64,000 nucleotides of DNA, from the NCBI RefSeq assembly GCF_030684315.1, contig NC_081358.1, positions 3,038,001 through 3,102,000 on the forward strand, written 5' to 3'. Source of the DNA: Stegostoma tigrinum (Eukaryota). Numbering within the stretch: position 1 is the stretch's first letter; every line of letters starts with the position of its first letter. Positions 38,031 to 50,375 of the stretch are shown piece by piece. The translations under genes were made by a program, and so were the position numbers. Under the pieces are notes generated by a model, which was not told the origin of the DNA, searched no databases, and saw only the letters and a program-made list of their open reading frames with translations.

Positions 38031-39299
38031 CTATTTTTAATCCTGCAGTTAGTGCACCAAGGGCTGGCTCACTGTAGCGTTTGTGGTTTTTGCACGGTAG
38101 GACCCGCACTGCCGATGTTGTGGTGATATTTTCCCTGGGCAAGAGAGTGGAGTTATACTGTAAGGTTCTTCCTTCAGTCTATCGAATTTCAGGGCGTGGA
38201 CATACGTACGAGCAGGTGGAGCAGTGTAAATCAGCCAAAAATCAATGGTGAATTTGTTATGGGCGAAGGGGTGGGGAGGAGGTGGATCGGGGAATCTTGA
38301 ATGTGTTAGGCAGCTGTGGTCCCATTGCAACAGTAAAGGGGCTTCAACACGTAACTTCTCATCAGCCAACATCTCAGTGTAACAAAATAATGTTTCTGTT
38401 TTATTTGGAGTATGTTGTGATCTGGGATGTTCTGCTTGACAGAATGGTGGAGACAGATCCAGTAGTTAATTTCGAAAACAAACTGGACAAAAATTTGAAA
38501 TTATACAAGGCATTGGAGAGAACACGGCTGGAATATGGTGTTCTTGCTGTAGAGGGAGTATAAAGTTCAAACAGTACTAGAGAGGTGCACGAAACATGTT
38601 CCTGATGGTGGGGGAGTCTAGAACAAGTAGTCACATTTTAAAATTAAGATCAGATACGGATCTTTTAGGACAGAGATGTGGAGAAACTTCTCCAGCCAGA
38701 ATGCCGAATTGATACCTGCAGAATGTGTTTGAGGCCACAAACATTGAATGTTTACAAGAAGGAAGTAGATGTAGCTCTCGTTGCGAAAAGGAACAAGGCA
38801 TGTGGAGTTGTTGGGGGGAGGGTAGATAGGGAGGACGGGATTAAAGTATTAAGATCCATGATCAGCCAATATCATATTACATGGCGGGGTGGAATGGCCT
38901 ACTCTTACTCCTTTCTTCAGGGATACAGGAACAAGACAATACAACTGATTAGACAACACTTTCAGAGAAACAGAACCGCTAAAACGGTAGGCTGATCAGT
39001 GTCGCCGTTACTGGAAAATTCCACGATACCGTCATGTGTAGCTCAGGCCAACAGTTCCTCGAATCCAATTTACCGCGTTCAGCGCATTTGTAGCACCCTC
39101 TGCACATTGAAATATCAAAAACCCTTGATAATTGGCTCTCTGGATGGGAAAGCTGAGTGGTTAAATTAGCTGCTATTGCTGATATGATCTGCTCGCCCCT
39201 ACCAATCGATGAAGTCATATTCACTGCGTTTTCAGATGACACCCAGAAACACGATTTTCCTGTCGGGATTGTACAAAGACACAGCATCCTGTTGACATT

Positions 39300-40082
39300 G
39301 AAAGAAAATGCAAATCTTTAGCACAGTTTCCAATTTAGGAACGCCTCAAAACACTTTGCAGCCCTTGAACTGCTGTGTGAAAAGAGGACTGTCAGTGATA
39401 TTAGTAGCTACTGACTATTAATCCAGACACCTCAGGTAATGCAAGATAACAAAGTGTGTAGCTGGATGAACACAGCAGGCCAAGCAGCATCTCAGGGGCA
39501 CAAAAGCTGACGTTTCAGGCCTAGACCCTTCATCAGACCCTCTCTGATGAAGGGTCTAGGCCCGAAACGTCAGCTTTTGTGCTCCTGAGATGCTGCTTGG
39601 CCTGCTGTGTTCATCCAGCTACACACTTTGTTATCTTGGATTCTCCAGGATCTGCCGTTCCCATTACCCCAGGTAATGTCTTGGGAACCAAGGTTCAAAT
39701 GGTGGAATTTGAATTCAACAAATATCTGGGATTAAGTGTCTGATGATGACCTGAAACCATTGCCAATTGTTGGGCAAAACACATCTGGTTCACTTAACAC
39801 CGTTCAGGGAAAGAAATCAGGGTCTGGCCTACACATGACTCCAAGCCCACAGCATTGCAGCTGATTCTTAACTGCCCTCTGGGCAACTAGCGATCGTCAA
39901 TAAATACTGGCCTGGTCAGTAACGTCCAGTCCCGTAAATGAATGAAAACAAAGAACAATTTTGGGAACTGCTGGAATTAGGAAAACTGGCAGCCAATTTG
40001 CGTTCAATAAGCTTCCAAAAACAGCAATGTGAGAAATATCCAGACAATCTGTTTAATGACGTTGTTTGGGGGATAAGTATTG
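39300..40082. mobile_element. Three-level nest: Deu-type SINE (-), interrupted by LF-SINE-like SINE (+, ~39385-39950), itself interrupted by a PLE mini-palindrome (~39442-39666)
   Basis: Deu-like halves at 39300-39382 and 39975-40082; LINE-type tail at 39880-39950; TSD caggtaatg around the palindrome. Confidence 0.65.
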
Positions 40083-40120
40083 CAACAGCTACTTGACTTG
40101 TAGATATTTTTTGTTTGCAG

Positions 40121-40411
40121 GTGAACATTTTGCCGAGGTCTTGCATCAGTTTCCAATATCGGTCACTAGGCCCAAGGCTACAACGATCAAAATGCAATAT
40201 GTGGCACAAAACACAGAAACCATCCATTGGTACCAGAGCCGACCCAGCAGGCGCCGAGGAGATTAATCTATTTCAGCAAAAACAGAGCTGTATTGGACTC
40301 GGGAATCCCCTCCAAGTTCTCAGCTGAGAAAAGTGTCTCTTCATTCTTCCTTGTAATTGATAACATTGAACAGTCCAATGATGCCATCTATTACTGTGCC
40401 TATTGGATCCT
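40121..40411 (+). pseudogene. TRGV: TCR gamma V pseudogene, type D (V exon only)
   Basis: tttgcAG acceptor; EVLHQFPISVT...KMQY (Cys23>Tyr)...IHWY, then a 1-nt frameshift near 40233, resuming as EPTQQAPRRLIY...DAIYYCAYWI; no leader exon found, SINE sequence lies immediately upstream. Confidence 0.88.
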
Positions 40412-40451
40412 CACAGTGAGAAACAACCATAAGAAGCTCATTACAAAAACC
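40412..40451 (+). other. RSS of pseudogene V, consensus heptamer and nonamer, 24-nt spacer
   Basis: CACAGTG (40412-40418) + 24 nt + ACAAAAACC (40443-40451). Confidence 0.9.
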
Positions 40452-43400
40452 CCAACGCAGCCGCACAAGTTTCCAGGCCACAAGTGGAGTCTTTTTACTG
40501 AAATTCCAAATCGCAAAATCAAATTCAGAATTAACTTCAATGTCAATATTTAGAGCCGAGACAAATATAACTGGGGATGGTAAGAACTGCTGATGCTGGA
40601 GTCAGAGATAACACAGTGTGTAGCTGGAGGAACACAGCAGGCCAGGCAGTATCTCAGCAGCAGGAATGTTGACATTTCGGTTCGGGACCCTTCCTCAGGT
40701 TAACTTCCCTGCTCCTCTGATGCTGCCTGGCCTGCTGCTCTCCTCCAGCTCCAAAAATATAACGGGGTTTTTGAATTCAAAGACTGGTGTGGAAAAGGGA
40801 ACAGAGCAATTTCGTTCAGGGAATCAATCTCTCTAACGCCTCGTTAGGGTGACACATCTTGAGGAAACCATTTCAGTTATTTGATCTATTGAAATCCGCT
40901 TAGCTCAGTTGACTTTTCTTACTTACGCGGTACACGAATCTGTGAATCCTTGCATCAGAGATAAGGGGAACTGCAGATGCTGGAGAATCCGAGATAACAA
41001 AGTGTGGAGCGGGATGAACACAGCAGGCCAAGCAGCATCTTAGGAGCACAAAAGCTGACGTTTCGGGCCTAGACTGTGTTCATCCAGACCACACTTTGTT
41101 ATCTGCGAATCTTTGCGACCACTGACCTTTTGGTTTTTGTCGTGTATTTAAATGACAGACAATAGTTGTTTTGTTTCTCTTTTCAACATGTCAATTGTTC
41201 TGAATCACTTTGTGCAAATTCTTAAGTGGGAATAAAATTAAATGTCTATATATGATGGATGTTCAGCGCTAATTATTCATTAATTGATGCATCGTTAAGC
41301 AGATCTTCCCTGCTGTATTAACAAATCACTTTTTTGGTGGTAGCTTCGCCCTAGGTATCATTTCCAACCCATCTCTACGCAAGAGGTTGCTTCTGTTCCT
41401 TCGTCTGAATTTACCACTGCACCTTAAGTCTCTTTGAGAAGCAATGGCAACACATCACGAACAAATTCTTGATTTCCTCGATTTTGGAGGAGGCGTTATT
41501 TCCATTATTTCCGCCTGATGTCGACAGAATCAACTTTCTGAGTATTAATTCCAGTAGCTTGCAATCAAATAAACAGGCACCGCAAAAAATTGATATTATT
41601 TCTAAATTCCAACCTGCTTTATAAGGAAAACGTGGTCGACGGTTGATCAATGGCATGTTATCTTCGTTGATTCCTCAAGTGCATAATTAAGAAGCAGCGC
41701 CTTACAGACTCATTACAAACAGTTCACATGTAAATCTCCGAAAAGAGTTACGTTCCCATGTGCCTTTCCGGAATCCAAAGCAAAATCGGGTGTGTTCACA
41801 CCGTCCGATAATGTTCCTCCAGGGTTTGAGGCACGTTGCTTTCCTGTGGTTTCTGGAGTTTAGGGTGACGCGTGGCCGTGCCAGTGGGAACAGTGCTCCC
41901 AATCACCATGTGGGGGTTTGTGGTGGAGAGTAGCAACATGAAGCCAAAATTCCCTTCAATACTGCACCCTGGTGCGTAGGAAGTTGAGGGGTGACATTAC
42001 ACAAATTATTAAAATCATCGGGCCGTTCAGAGAAAATACGTCTCCTTTCCCCAGCGAGGAGGATTCCAAGACTAGAGGGACTAGAAGACGAGAGGTGACA
42101 GGAAAAATGGTGATTGGGAGCACTGTTCCCACTGGCACGGCCACGCGTCAGACTAAACTCCATAAAAGTCATGAGAGGCATTGTTTTAAAACACAGAGTG
42201 TGGTCCGTGTGTGGAATGAACTTCCAGAGGAAGTGGTGAATGCGGGTGCAGTTACAACGTTTGAAAGATATTTCGATAAGTACATGATTAAGAAAAGTTC
42301 GGAGGGATATGGGCCAAGTACAGGTAAGTGGGACTAGTTTTAATCTGGTATTATGTTCGGCATGAACTGGTTAAGCCGAAGGGTCTGTTTCTGTGCTGAA
42401 TGATTGTATGACTGATTTTTATTCGCATTTCATTTTGTACAGGCTGTTTACTTAACCACGTACCGGTGGGGTTACGTGGAGTCTGCGGCTACTGAGTGTC
42501 TGCTGTGATGTTCAGTTTATTGCATCGGTCATTTGGTAAATCAGCAATGAACATGTTATGTACTTGACAAGAGATCAGAATAACCAGGACCTAGAGTAGA
42601 CAATCCAGCTCCTTGAGCCTACTCCGCGATTTAATATGGTAATGACTCATCTCATCTCGTCCTCAAATCCACTTTCCTGTCCGATCCCCATAATCCTTTA
42701 ACGTAGTACTAATTTCATATCTCTGTGTCCGACTTAGAAATATATTTAGTGTCCTGGCGTCCAAGCACTCTGGGGTGGTGATTTCCAACAGCCTTTGAGA
42801 AAAACAATTCCTCCTCCTTCAGTTCCGCTCTGTGTTATGTCTGACCTCAACATCTGCAGTTCTTACTATCTACTCTGCATTTCTATTTGAAACCTGCCAC
42901 CCACTAATCTAAATCCGTGATTTAATTAAACTGCAATCTCCACTGCACCCCCCTCCCAACCCTGTCCTTCTAAAGTCTAGAGAAGATAGATCCTGACTGC
43001 TCAATCTGTCCTCATAAAACAAACGTTTCAATTCTGGAATTAGTCTTATGAACCTTCTCTGAATTGCCTCCAACACAATTATATCATTCCTGAAGCCAGG
43101 GTATTAAATCTGTGGATACAATCTCACCAATGGCTTTGTACAACTGCAACAACAACTGATTTTATGCTCCATTGTTTTAAGAATAAATGGGAAACATTAC
43201 TTGTCTTTCTTATTACACGTGCACTCGAACATTCAGATCCCATTCCACTGACGAATTTTGATGTTTCTCTCCATTCAGATAATAAGTTGCCTTTTTATTC
43301 TTCTAACCAAGATGAATAACCTCACGTTTATCCATGTTTAGCTCCACATGTAGAATTTTTGTTGATTCCATTCAGTTTACTATATTTAGTGTTATCCCAA

Positions 43401-44750
43401 ACTTCTCTTATTAACTGTGAAGGAGAATACAGATGCTGCCAGACCTGCTGTGCTTTTCCAGCAACTTTGTTTTTGTTCTTCATTTCCAGCATCTGCAGTT
43501 CTTTCGGTTTTTATTTTCTCTTATTAACTGCCTACCACATCTCTATATAGTCTGTCTCATTCAATCATAAGCTGACTCTCCCACTTGCTGGGATGTCCCA
43601 GCATATAGCATATCCCTGGCAGCAACACCACCTTGAAAACACAGCCGTGCATCCGGTCAAGTGTGGTAGTCCAGAGTTGCCCTTAACCATAATTGCAGTG
43701 ACACAGCAGATAGAAACCAATGTTTCGTTCACGGCATATAGGTGGTATGGGTGACATTTCCATCGGCACATTCCTGTACATGTGGTTGCTAAGTGACAGC
43801 CCCACATATCTCGCTGATTCCTAGCTACATACCATCTTTAAAACCTCTCTAAATCAATGGCGTGCTTTCCTGAATGCCCGTTGTAACCTTGAGTCATATC
43901 AAAGATCAATATAGGAGATAATGACAGAGGAAGGAAAAAGTTAGGAGCCTGAGAATGAGAGAGATAACGACAGTAAGAGCTGCACATCTGGTCGAAAGAA
44001 TCGGCGGTACTTTCATCATATAAATTAGTTTGAAAAGCCAAGAATGATGTTGAAGAAGGAATCCTAGCTTTGGCAATAAAATGTTTGATCTGAACAGTCA
44101 AAAGAATGATTTCGGGTCAAAGGAGTTTATGGGCAAGTTCTAAGCAACTCCGGTCAGACTACATCGAATAAATTTACCATCTCATGTCACCCAGACAAGG
44201 TATACTGGAGTCAGTGACAAGAGGTGTCACAAGATTGCTTTCGGCTGTTAGCGGTTTGAGCTACGCATAAAAATTGAGGGTATTTTCGGTTCTAGGTTCA
44301 GGCAGGGTTTGCAGTGGGACAAAGAAATCTTCTCCACATGTCCAAAATTGTTATTAGAAAAGGAGTGGTAGATCTGAGGGTTCTTGTGGTGTAGTGGCAG
44401 TGCCCCTATCTCTGTACTTAGAGGTTAAGGTTCAGGTCCCATCGACTCCAGAGTGAATGATAACAGCTCTGGACAAGTTGATGAGATGCTGTTTTCAATT
44501 AAATTGCTGGAATGGGGCAAGAAAACGCTAGAAAACCTGTAAGAGAGAAACGTCTCGGGTAAAAGTAGAAAGTAACTTGCACAGCGAATGATCATCTCTT
44601 GCAATGGAGTACAGCGCAACATGGTTGAGGTGACGGACAGATTTTAGTGAAATTGTCAATAACAAGATGAATAACAAGATGAAAACACCCACCCATTCAA
44701 ATGAATGTCATCCTTGAGGCCACACGAAGGCTCGGCATTGAGTAAAACCG

Positions 44751-44770
44751 ACTGACGTCATTTCCGGTAT
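44751..44770 (+). promoter_or_regulatory. CRE (TGACGTCA) plus ETS-like TTCCGG ~70 nt upstream of the type B pseudogene ATG
   Basis: TGACGTCA at 44753-44760; CRE-like elements are typical of TCR V promoters; the paralogue has TGACATCT at 11223. Confidence 0.55.
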
Positions 44771-44829
44771 TGATTTGGCCCCTTGAAGGCTTTCAGCAAA
44801 TCCGAACCAGCTCTGTGTTGACTATCAAC

Positions 44830-45759
44830 ATGAAGGGTCACGTCCTTGCGATTTTACTAACCGCTCTCCTCGGTCAGTACATTAGGTTTCAACAAATTAT
44901 TTCCATTGTTTAACGTGGTCTCCGTATTCTTAAATAACCTGATCTACATTTTTTTCGCCGGCAGCAAAATCTGTCGCTCAAACGTCACTCAGCCTCCAGT
45001 ATCATGACCAGAGCTCCGGGGCTCACAGTTTGGTTGGACTGTAAGTAAGAAGGGAGCGACTTCGACAATGCGGTTACCCACTTGGGACCAACAGATCCCG
45101 GCTCAAGATAATAAAGTGTGGAGCTGGATGAACACAGCAGGCCCAGCAGCATCTCAGGAGCACAAAAGCTGACGTTTCGGGCCTAGACCCTTCATCAGAG
45201 AGGGGGATGGGGTGAGGGTTCTGGAATAAATACGAAGAGAGGGGGAGGCGGACCGAAGATGGAGAGAAAAGAAGATAGGTGGAGAGGAGAGTATAGGTGG
45301 CGGGGTAGGAAGGGGATAGGTCAGTCCAGGGAAGACGGACAGGTCAAGGAGGTGGGATGAGGTTGGTAGGTAGGAAATGGAGGTGCGGCTTGGGGTGGGA
45401 GGAAGGGATGGGTGAGAGGAAGAACAGGTTAGGGAGGCAGAGACAGGCTGGGCTGGTTTTGGGATGCAGTGGGGGGAGGGGAGAGCTGGGCTGGTTGTGT
45501 GGTGCAGTGGGGGGAGGGGACGAACTGGGCTGGTTTTGGGATGCGGTGGGGGAAGGGGAGATTTTGAAGCTGGTGAAGTCCCGGGTCAAGGTCTTCAGTG
45601 CATTTTATGTTTCAAGAATCCATCTGAGACTCAGCAAGATGTCACCGACGAAGTAGCACCCGCTGAAAGAAAGCAATCTGCGGCCAAAGCCTGCAGCTTG
45701 CTCATGAGGAATATCACGGAGGATGACTCTGGGTTTTTTTTTCCTGTGCTTTCTGGGCT
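44830..45759 (+). pseudogene. TRGV: TCR gamma V pseudogene, type B, disrupted by frameshifts, a stop codon and a Penelope insertion
   Basis: Leader MKGHVLAILLTALL (44830-44872), acceptor at 44964. Relative to the 11.4 kb paralogue: 1-nt deletions in FR1, TAT>TAA after Cys-Lys, PLE insert at 45108-45578, poly-T corruption of YYC. Heptamer degenerated to CACCATG (45760-45766). Confidence 0.9.
45108..45578 (-). mobile_element. PLE family 1 3' fragment inserted in a V exon
   Basis: Near-identical to the 16/20 kb arms; 12 bp TSD tcccggStcaag at 45096-45107 and 45579-45590. Confidence 0.9.
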
Positions 45760-46539
45760 CACCATGACTGTCAGTCGGGGAAAAACTGGACAGAATGCAG
45801 TCGCCGTCCTGCGGACTGTTTACAAACTGTGAAGACACAAATGGCAGGTGTCGCGTTTGGAGAGTTTCGCCAGCTTTGAACTCCACTCTAGGCCGCACAG
45901 ACAGTTCGTTGTTTTCACAATGCTCTTTGTCTTGTTAAACTTGGGAGAATAAGTTATGACGATCTAACTGTTCTATAAAATGGACGTAACCATCCATTTA
46001 CTATTTAAACAAATATCTCTGTTCATTTACCATGTTTGTGAAAACCCAACAATGCGGTTTAAAGCCTCCTGCTGTCAAACGATCGTCAATGAATATGTCA
46101 CCGAAACTAACATACCACATCCAATATATAGTCACATCCAAAATAATTAGAAAAGGTTCTTAGAGTCTGTTCCCACTGACAGCGAATTCGTGGCGGGTCT
46201 GTGATCTAATTCCATTTACCAACCGTGGATCCGCATCCGCAAACCGCACGGAATGCTGTGGGGATACTGCTACAAGTTTAGCAATTTAGATCCCTGGACT
46301 GAGGCCTTGGATACAAATTCACATACGACTACGGTGGTTGAGGGGTTAGATTCTTAAAAGTTAAACTCAGTAATGCAATGAAACTACTGGATTGTACTGA
46401 ACACCAGTGGAGTTTACAAGTAACCAGTGGTCAATGAAATTTGCCATCCTAGGGCGAAACCTATCACAAGGCAGTATGTTTGTTTCCGGCTCAGCATGAG
46501 CCAACCAAAAAGTTTAGTTTCACCTTGAAGAGGGCAGCA

Positions 46540-49500
46540 GAGTGGTGACGCCGATTGCCTGACGTGGGGAAGTTCTGCATCAGTGCACTCACTGCTTCCA
46601 GAAGGTGGCTTGCAGAGGGGCTATTGTCAAGCGATGCAGTTAGGAGCATGGAGATGGAGGAAAGTGTCATAGACAGTACTTTTAGAGATGGAGTGATAGC
46701 AAAGGTGCAGGCAGACAGATGGGTGGCCGCTGGAAGGGGCAGGCAGCGAGTGCAGGGATCCCTGGTGGTGGTTCCCTCTCTCTAACAAACATGCCATTTT
46801 CGACACTGGGGGATGATCTATCAGGGGATAACAGCAGCAGTGGCCAGACTGGTGGCACTATGGCTGGCTCTGTTCTTAAGAAAGGAAGGACAAAGAGCAC
46901 TATAACAGTAGATATAGGAGACTCGATAGTTAGGGATACAGATAGGTGCTTCTGTGGATTTAAAAGAGACTCCAGGATGGTGTGTTGCCACCCTAGTGCC
47001 ACGGTCCAGGATGCTTCTGAACAGGCAGAAAGCATTCTGAAGGAAGAGGGTGAACAGCTAGAGGTTGTGGTACATATTGGTACTAACGGCATAGGTAGGA
47101 TGAGTGATGAGGTCCTACAGTGGCAGTTCAGGGAGTTAAGTAGAAAGTTAAAGAGCAGGACCTCCAAGGTTGGGATCTCGGGATTACTCATTGTGCCACG
47201 TGACAGTGAGGCTGGAAATAGGAGGATAGTACAACTCAACACATGGTGAAACAGATGGTGTAGGAAGGAGGGTTTCAGATATCTGGGCCGCTGTGATCTC
47301 TTTCAGAGCAGGTGGGACCTGTACAAGAAAGGCAGGTTGTATCTAAACTGGAGGCAACAAATATTCTGGCTTGGACATTTGCAGGTGTCACTCAGGAGGA
47401 TTTAAACTAGCCTGGTCGGGGAGGGGGGCTAATACAAAGTGAATGGACTGAAAGGGGACTAGAGAATCGGGCCAGTAAGACTCAGAGGAAGAGCAGGCAG
47501 GGTGTGGTTGCTGATCAAAGTGGATCTGGTGGACTGAAGTCCATCTGTTTCAATGCAAGAAGTATAACCGGTAAGGCAGATGAGCTTAGAGCTTGGATTA
47601 GTACTTGGAACAATGATGTTGTTGCTATTACAGAGACTTGGTTAAGGGAGGGACGGGATTGGCAGCTTAATATTCCGGGATACAGATGTTCCTGGCAGGA
47701 TTGAGGGGGATATGAACGTGGTGAGGGAGTTACACTACTTGTTAAGGAGCTATATCACAGTTGTATTGTGGGAGGGCACCTTGGATGGCTCATACCGCGA
47801 GGCAATTTAGGTAGAGCTCAGGAACGGGAACGGTGCAATCACAACTTTTAGGATTTACTATAGACATCCCAACAGCCAGCAGGAGATAAAAGAAGAGATA
47901 TGTAGGTTGATTTTGGCAAGATGTAAAAGTAATAGGGCTGTTGTGGGTGATTTTAACTTCCCTTATGTTGACTGGGACTCACTCAGTGCCTCGGCCTCGG
48001 ATGGGGCAGAATTTGTAAGGAGCATCCGGGATGGCTTCTTGAAACAAACCATAGATAGTCCAACTGGGAAAGGCACTGGACCGGACCTAATACTGGGGAA
48101 TTAATCTGGCCAGGTGGCTGAAATCTCAACCTGGGAGCAGCTCGGGAACAGTGATCCCAATTTAGTAAGTTTTAAGGTACTGATGGATAAGGATAGGGGT
48201 CATTGTCAGTTGAAGGTGCTAAATTGGGGAAAGTCTAATTACAAAAAATATTAGGCAGGAACAAGAATGTAGATTGGAGGCAGATGTTTAAGGGCAAATC
48301 AATATAGGGTATGTGGGAAGCTTTCAAATGTAAGTTGCTAGAAACTCAGAACCGGCATGTTCCTGTCAGAATGAAGGATAAGTATGGAAAGTTTAGGGAA
48401 CGTTGGATAGTGAGAGATATTGTGAGCCTAATCAAAAAGAAAAAGGAAGCATTTATCAAGGCTAGGAGGCAGAGAACACATGAAGCAAAGGTGGAATGCA
48501 AGGAAAGTCAAAAGAAATTTAAGCAAGGAGTCAGGAGGGCTAAAAGGCGTCATGAAAAGTCATTGTCCAACAGGATTAAGGAAAATCCCAAGGCTTTTTA
48601 TGCTTATACAAAGACCAAGAGGGCAGCCAGGCAGTAGGTTGGCTGACTCAAGGACAGGGAAGGAAATTTATGCGTGGAGCCAGTGGAAATGGACAGGGTA
48701 TTAAATGAATATTTTGCATCAGTATTCACCATAGAGGAGGACTTGGTGGATGAAGGTCTGGGGAAGGGTGTGTAGATAGATTGGGTCATGTTGAGATCAA
48801 AAGGGAGAGTGTATTGGGGGTCTTGAAAAACATTAAGGTAGGGAGGTCCCCAGGGCCGGATTGGGTATACCACAGAATACTGAGAGAGGCAAGGGAGGAT
48901 ATTTTTGGCGTGTCAAGAATAATCTTTGCATCCTCACTGGCTACAGGTGAGGTGCCAGAGGTTTGGAGAATAGTCAATATTGTTCCTATGTTTGAGAAAA
49001 AACAGGAAGGATAATCCAATTAATTACAGGCCAGTGAGCCTTATGTCAGTGGTAAGGAAATTATTGGTGAGGATTCTTTGAGACAGGATTTCCTCCAACC
49101 TGGAAATCAGTGGGTGTTTTAGTGAGAGGCAACATGATTTTGTGAAGGGGAGGTCATGTCTCACTAACTTGGTTGAGTTTTTTGAGGAAGTGATGAAGAT
49201 GATCGATGAGGGTAGGACAGTAGATGCTGTCTACGTGGACTTCAGTAAAACCTTTGGCAAAGTCCCTCATGGCAGGCTGACACAGGAGGTAAAGTCACAT
49301 CGGGTCAGAGGTGAGCTTGCAAGGTGGATACAAAAAATTGACTCAGTCATAGAAGACAGAGGGTTGCAGTGGAAGGGTGTTGTGTTTCTGAATGGAGCGT
49401 TGTTACTAGTGGCATTCCTCAGGGATCAGTATTGGCACCTTTGCTATTTGTAATATTAGAAATGATTTGGAGGACAATATAACAGGTCTGATTAGTAGGT

Positions 49501-50375
49501 TTGCCGATGACACAAAGGTTGGTGGAATTGCGGACAGTGATGAGGATCATTAAAGGATACTGCTAGATTGAGATTGGTATGTGACTTAGGCAGAGAGATG
49601 GCAGGTGGTGTTTAATCTAGAAAAATGTGAGGTAATGCATTTTGGGAGGTCTAATCCAGATGGAAAATATAGAGTAAATGGCAGAACCCTTAAGAGTACT
49701 GATAGGCAGAGGGATCTGGGTGTGCAGGTACACAGGTCACTGAAAGTGGCAATACAGATGGAGAAGGTAGTCAACAAGGCATATCGCCTGCCTGCCTTCA
49801 ATTGGCATTGAGTTTAAAAATTGGCAAGTAATGTTGCAGGTTCCTAGAACCTTAGTTAGGCTACTTTTGGAGCATTGTGTTCAATTCTGGTTACCACACT
49901 ACCATAAGAAAGTGGTGTCTTTGGAGACGGCACAGAAAAGATTTATCAGGATGATGTGTGGTGTGGAGGGCATTAGCTATTAGAAGTTGGAGAAACTTGA
50001 GTTGTTCTCACTGGAACGACGGAGGTAGAGAAGCAACTTGATAGAGGTCTACAAGATGATCAAGGGCATGGACAGAGTGGATAGTCAGAAGCATTTTCCC
50101 AGGATGGAAGAGTCAGTTACCAGGGGCCATGGGTTTAAGTGTGAGGTGTGAGGTTGCAAGTTTTTTATACAGAGGGTGGTGGGTGCCTGGAACTCGCTGC
50201 TGGGGGAGGTAGTGGAAGCAGATGCTATCGTGACTTTTGAAGGACATCTTGACAAATACATGAAAAGGATAGGAAGAGAGAGAGATGGTCCTCTGAAAGG
50301 TAGGGAGTCTTAGTTGTGATGGGCAGCATATCAGTGCAGGATGGGGGGCCGAAGGGCCTGTTCCTGTACTGTAAT
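46540..50375 (+). mobile_element. Near-full-length degenerate CR1 LINE (ORF1 GDSL esterase, ORF2 APE + RT)
   Basis: IGDSIVR / VVHIGTN (esterase), CFNARS...AITETWL (APE), GRSCLTNL, FADD region; multiple stops and frameshifts. Confidence 0.9.

Noticed and set aside
39308-39315. Ig octamer ATGCAAAT or leader ATG upstream of the D-type V
   Set aside because: Lies in sequence matching the SINE tail and is not followed by a hydrophobic leader with a splice donor
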